From the IMG/VR virus record IMGVR_UViG_2630968645_000001: DNA of 64,000 nt; one strand, 5' to 3'. Every line of letters begins with the position of its first letter. Position 1 is the stretch's first letter. Origin of the DNA: a virus. The translations under genes were made by a program, and so were the position numbers. Of this stretch, positions 60,601 through 64,000 are shown piece after piece. The notes under the pieces were generated by a model. It ran no database searches. It saw only the letters and a list, made by a program, of their open reading frames with translations, and had not been told where the DNA came from.

Positions 60601-63600
60601 TTGCGAAACCAATACATGAAAGATTATGGTATCCAGCTACATCCGATTGCAAAAAAGAAAAAGGTAAACATGATCGAAAATGTTCAGGACCTGCTGGCAC
60701 AAGGTCGTTTTTTTATGCTCAGAAACAGTAACAATCAAATCTTTTATGAAGAACACAAAAAGTATCAATGGGATGCCGACACGTTGCAAAGCGATGACCC
60801 GAAAGTCGTCAAAGAGGACGACCATACTTGTGATGCTTTTCAATACTATGTAAATGACAATTTAAGGAAACTGAACTTGAAATATTAAGGCGGTGATGCC
60901 ATGTTTCGAACCATCCTAGCCAAGATAAAGGGGGTGCTCGCTAAAATGGGATTGATCAAACAAATTAATAATGTTTCACAGCTGGCCGCCGTACAGGAGA
61001 GTGAGGCACAATACAGCCGAATTGAAGTATGGAAGTCTTTATACCACGGCTATTTGCCTTTTTACCAGGAAGGTGATGTACGAATCCCATTTCACGACAC
61101 CAAATGGACGGATGCTGCTGGAAATGAGCATAAACGCCGCCGGGCATCTATGAAGATGCCAAAAGTAATAGCGGAAGAAATGGCTTCACTGGTTTTTAAT
61201 GAGAAATGTGTAATTAATATCTCGTCTGATCAGGAAATTCAAGAACTGATCGATGATATTTTTAAAGAAAACCGGTTTGAAAAACGATTCCAAAATTACC
61301 TCGAATATGGGTTTGCCATGGGCGGATTTGTCATGAAACCTTATTATGACGATGGTATCAAGATCGCTTTTGTTAGGGCTGACTGTTTCCTGCCGACCCA
61401 AAGCACAAATGATGAGATTCAAGCCGGCGTGTTCATTAACGAGACGCGGAAAGGTGACAAATTTTATACGCTGCTTGAATGGCACAATTGGGACGGTACT
61501 GACTATGTGATCACGAATGAGCTGTATGAAAGTAAAACAAAGGGTTCACTAGGATCAAAGGTGCCGTTGTCCGATCTTTATCCTGACCTAGAAGAAACCG
61601 TAACAATTCAAGGCCTTACGCATCCATTGTTTGTGTATGTTAAGCCAAATCTTGCAAACAATTTTGAACCGGATTCACCGTTAGGCATTTCCATTTATGC
61701 GAATGCAATCGACACGCTAAAATCTCTTGATATCGCATTTGACAGCTTTCAACGCGAATTTGTGTTGGGAAAACGCCGAATTATGGTACCACATACGGCG
61801 ATCCGGACAGTAGTTGACCCGGAAACAGGCCAGATGCAGAGATACTTTGACATAAACGATGAAGCATATATCAGCTATGCGGAAAACGATACTCAAAAAA
61901 TGATTCAAGAGATGGCCGCAGAACTGCGGATAGAAGAACACATATCCGCAATCAATGCGTTGCTGAACATTCTGGCTGCGCAGACTGGTTTCAGCTCCGG
62001 CACCTTTGCTTTTACGGGTGGGGCAAGCGTCCAAACAGCAACACAAGTCATCTCGGAAAACAGCAAAACATTCCGGACTAAAAATAGCCATGAAATCATG
62101 ATTGAAGCCGGGATAAAAGAATTAATTGAGGCCATTTTGCAATTGCTTGTCATTTATCAAGAGCTTCCGGCAATACCGGATATTGATGTGACAATTGACT
62201 TTGATGACTCCATTGCAGAGGACAGGCAGGCAAACGCTAATTATTATAGCGGTCTCGTATCTATGGGGCTTATGCCAAAGCTTAAAGCAATCATGAGAAT
62301 ATTCGACTTGCCGGAAGAAGAAGCTCGTGAGTGGCTGGCGCAAATCCAACAGGAAAACGGTCAACAGGTCCCACAAATGATGGAAAGCTTCCTGAACACG
62401 GCGGAAACAGATGAGGTAGGGTGATAATCTATGTTAACTCCCAACCAACTGGAACAGCTTGCAAAGCCCCTTATTAATATTTATGGGCAGCTGGAAATAG
62501 ACATCATCAAAGCCATTGTAAAACGTCTGGAGACAAAGCAGGACATAACAAAGGACAATGTATTGCATTGGAAGTTTGAGAAGCTCCGGCAGCTCGGAGA
62601 CCTAAATAAAGACGTAATTCAACTCATCTCACTGATGACCGGCAAGACAGAAAAGGAGTTGGAAAAGCTGATTAAAGAGAGCATGAAGCAGAGCGTGCAA
62701 CCTATGGATAATTGGTTGAGTGGTTTGGCTGATGACGGAAAAATTGATAAAGCACCGCCACTCGAGCAAGACACGCGTATTTTTAATACACTTCTCACAT
62801 TTCAGAGGCAGGCAACATCAACGCTCAACTTAACAAATTCGACCATTTTGCAGAACAGCCAACAAGTTTACCGGGACATTATCTCCCAGTCGACAGTAAG
62901 CGTCATGACTGGCATGAAAACCCATCAGCAGGCGGTAGCAGATACGGCAGCCAAATGGGCAGAAAAAGGCATTCCGGCACTTGTGGACAAAAAAGGACGA
63001 CAATGGTCAATTGAAGGGTATATTCCGATGGTGGTTAAGTCAGTCGCTAACAATGTGGCAAATCAAACGCAATTCGACCGGATGGACAGCTATGGGGTTG
63101 ACTTAATTGAAATCAGCAGTCACGTTGGCGCTCGTCCGGGATGTGCTCCCTATCAGGGCAGGATATTTGACCGTAACGGTAAAAGTAAGAAATATCCCTC
63201 GTTGGCAAGCACGACATATGGAAAGCCCGCCGGTATATTTGGTATTAATTGCCATCATCACCCTTACCCGTATATCCCAGGTGTAAGCGTAAAGCGATAT
63301 GAGCCATATCCGATAGAGGAAAATGCAAAAGCCTATGAGCAAAGCCAACAGCAACGCAAGATGGAACGGGATATCCGCAAGGCCAAGAATAATCTTGAAG
63401 TGATCCGGCGGCTCGGTACAAAAGAAGATGTTGCCGCCGCCCGAAAGAAAGTGAGGGAAAAGCAAGCGAACATGAGGGCATTTATCAATGATACCGGCAG
63501 AACGCGGAGGTATGATCGAGAGCAAATCATTAAAAAATGAAATATTAAATGATTTGTCGGAAATATACCGGCTACAATGTGAGGTGAGCGCAAATGCTAA

Positions 63601-64000
63601 AATATCGAAAGAAACCAGTCGTGATTGAAGCGGTACAGTATTTAGGTAACAAAATTATCAAGATATATGTAAGTTTGTCGGTAAAGAGTTGACAATGGAG
63701 TACATGGATACGGAGCAAATCTTAACCATTGAAACACTTGAAGGCGAATTGAAAGCAAATAAAGGTGATTACATCATCAAGGGTGTGCAAGGTGAGTTTT
63801 ACCCATGCAAGCCGGACATTTTTGAGAAAACATATGAGCCTGCCGAATAGGTGGAGATGATCCAACATCTCGGATCAACGCTGTTATGTGTGAAATTAAG
63901 TCGCCAATAGGCGTCTTTTTTAATTCCAATACGAGGAGCGATGCAAATGTTTAACATTCTACGTTTAAACTTGCAATTTTTTGCAGCAGACACCGGGGCT
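57317..64000 (+). repeat. Exact repeat of 1-6684 (circular wrap); duplicates the activator, terS, terL, portal and minor capsid genes
   Basis: All ORFs recur at an offset of +57316. Confidence 0.97.

Noticed and set aside
57317-64000. Tandem duplication of the packaging/head module
   Set aside because: It is an exact copy of the window start at offset 57316, as expected when a circular genome is read past its origin. A true concatemer cannot be excluded but is not needed.

Overview
The window is one complete circular temperate siphophage genome of 57,316 bp; positions 57317-64000 repeat 1-6684 exactly. It looks like a Bacillaceae phage with an A118/SPP1-like head-tail module, skin/PBSX-like yqaI-J-K replication genes and an ICEBs1-like Int/ImmA/ImmR switch. 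An intact attP (3' part of a tRNA-Gly(CCC)) sits next to the integrase, so this is the excised or circular form. Five IS insertions are present, one splitting the major tail tube gene. The main discoveries are three. (1) A type IV CRISPR-Cas effector operon in the early/middle lytic region (HTH, csf1, csf2, csf3, cas6, cysH-like). It resembles type IV-B but carries Cas6, has no room for cas11 and has no adjacent array; an IS110 and eight +1 indels currently damage it. (2) A 2 kb island between the lysin and the integrase with three promoter- and terminator-bounded small RNAs (a solitary type I-C-like repeat, a one-spacer type I-B-like mini-array and a third hairpin RNA) interleaved with three small anti-CRISPR-like ORFs. 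(3) A type II hammerhead ribozyme in the early operon. All family assignments come from motif recognition by eye; no database search was run.
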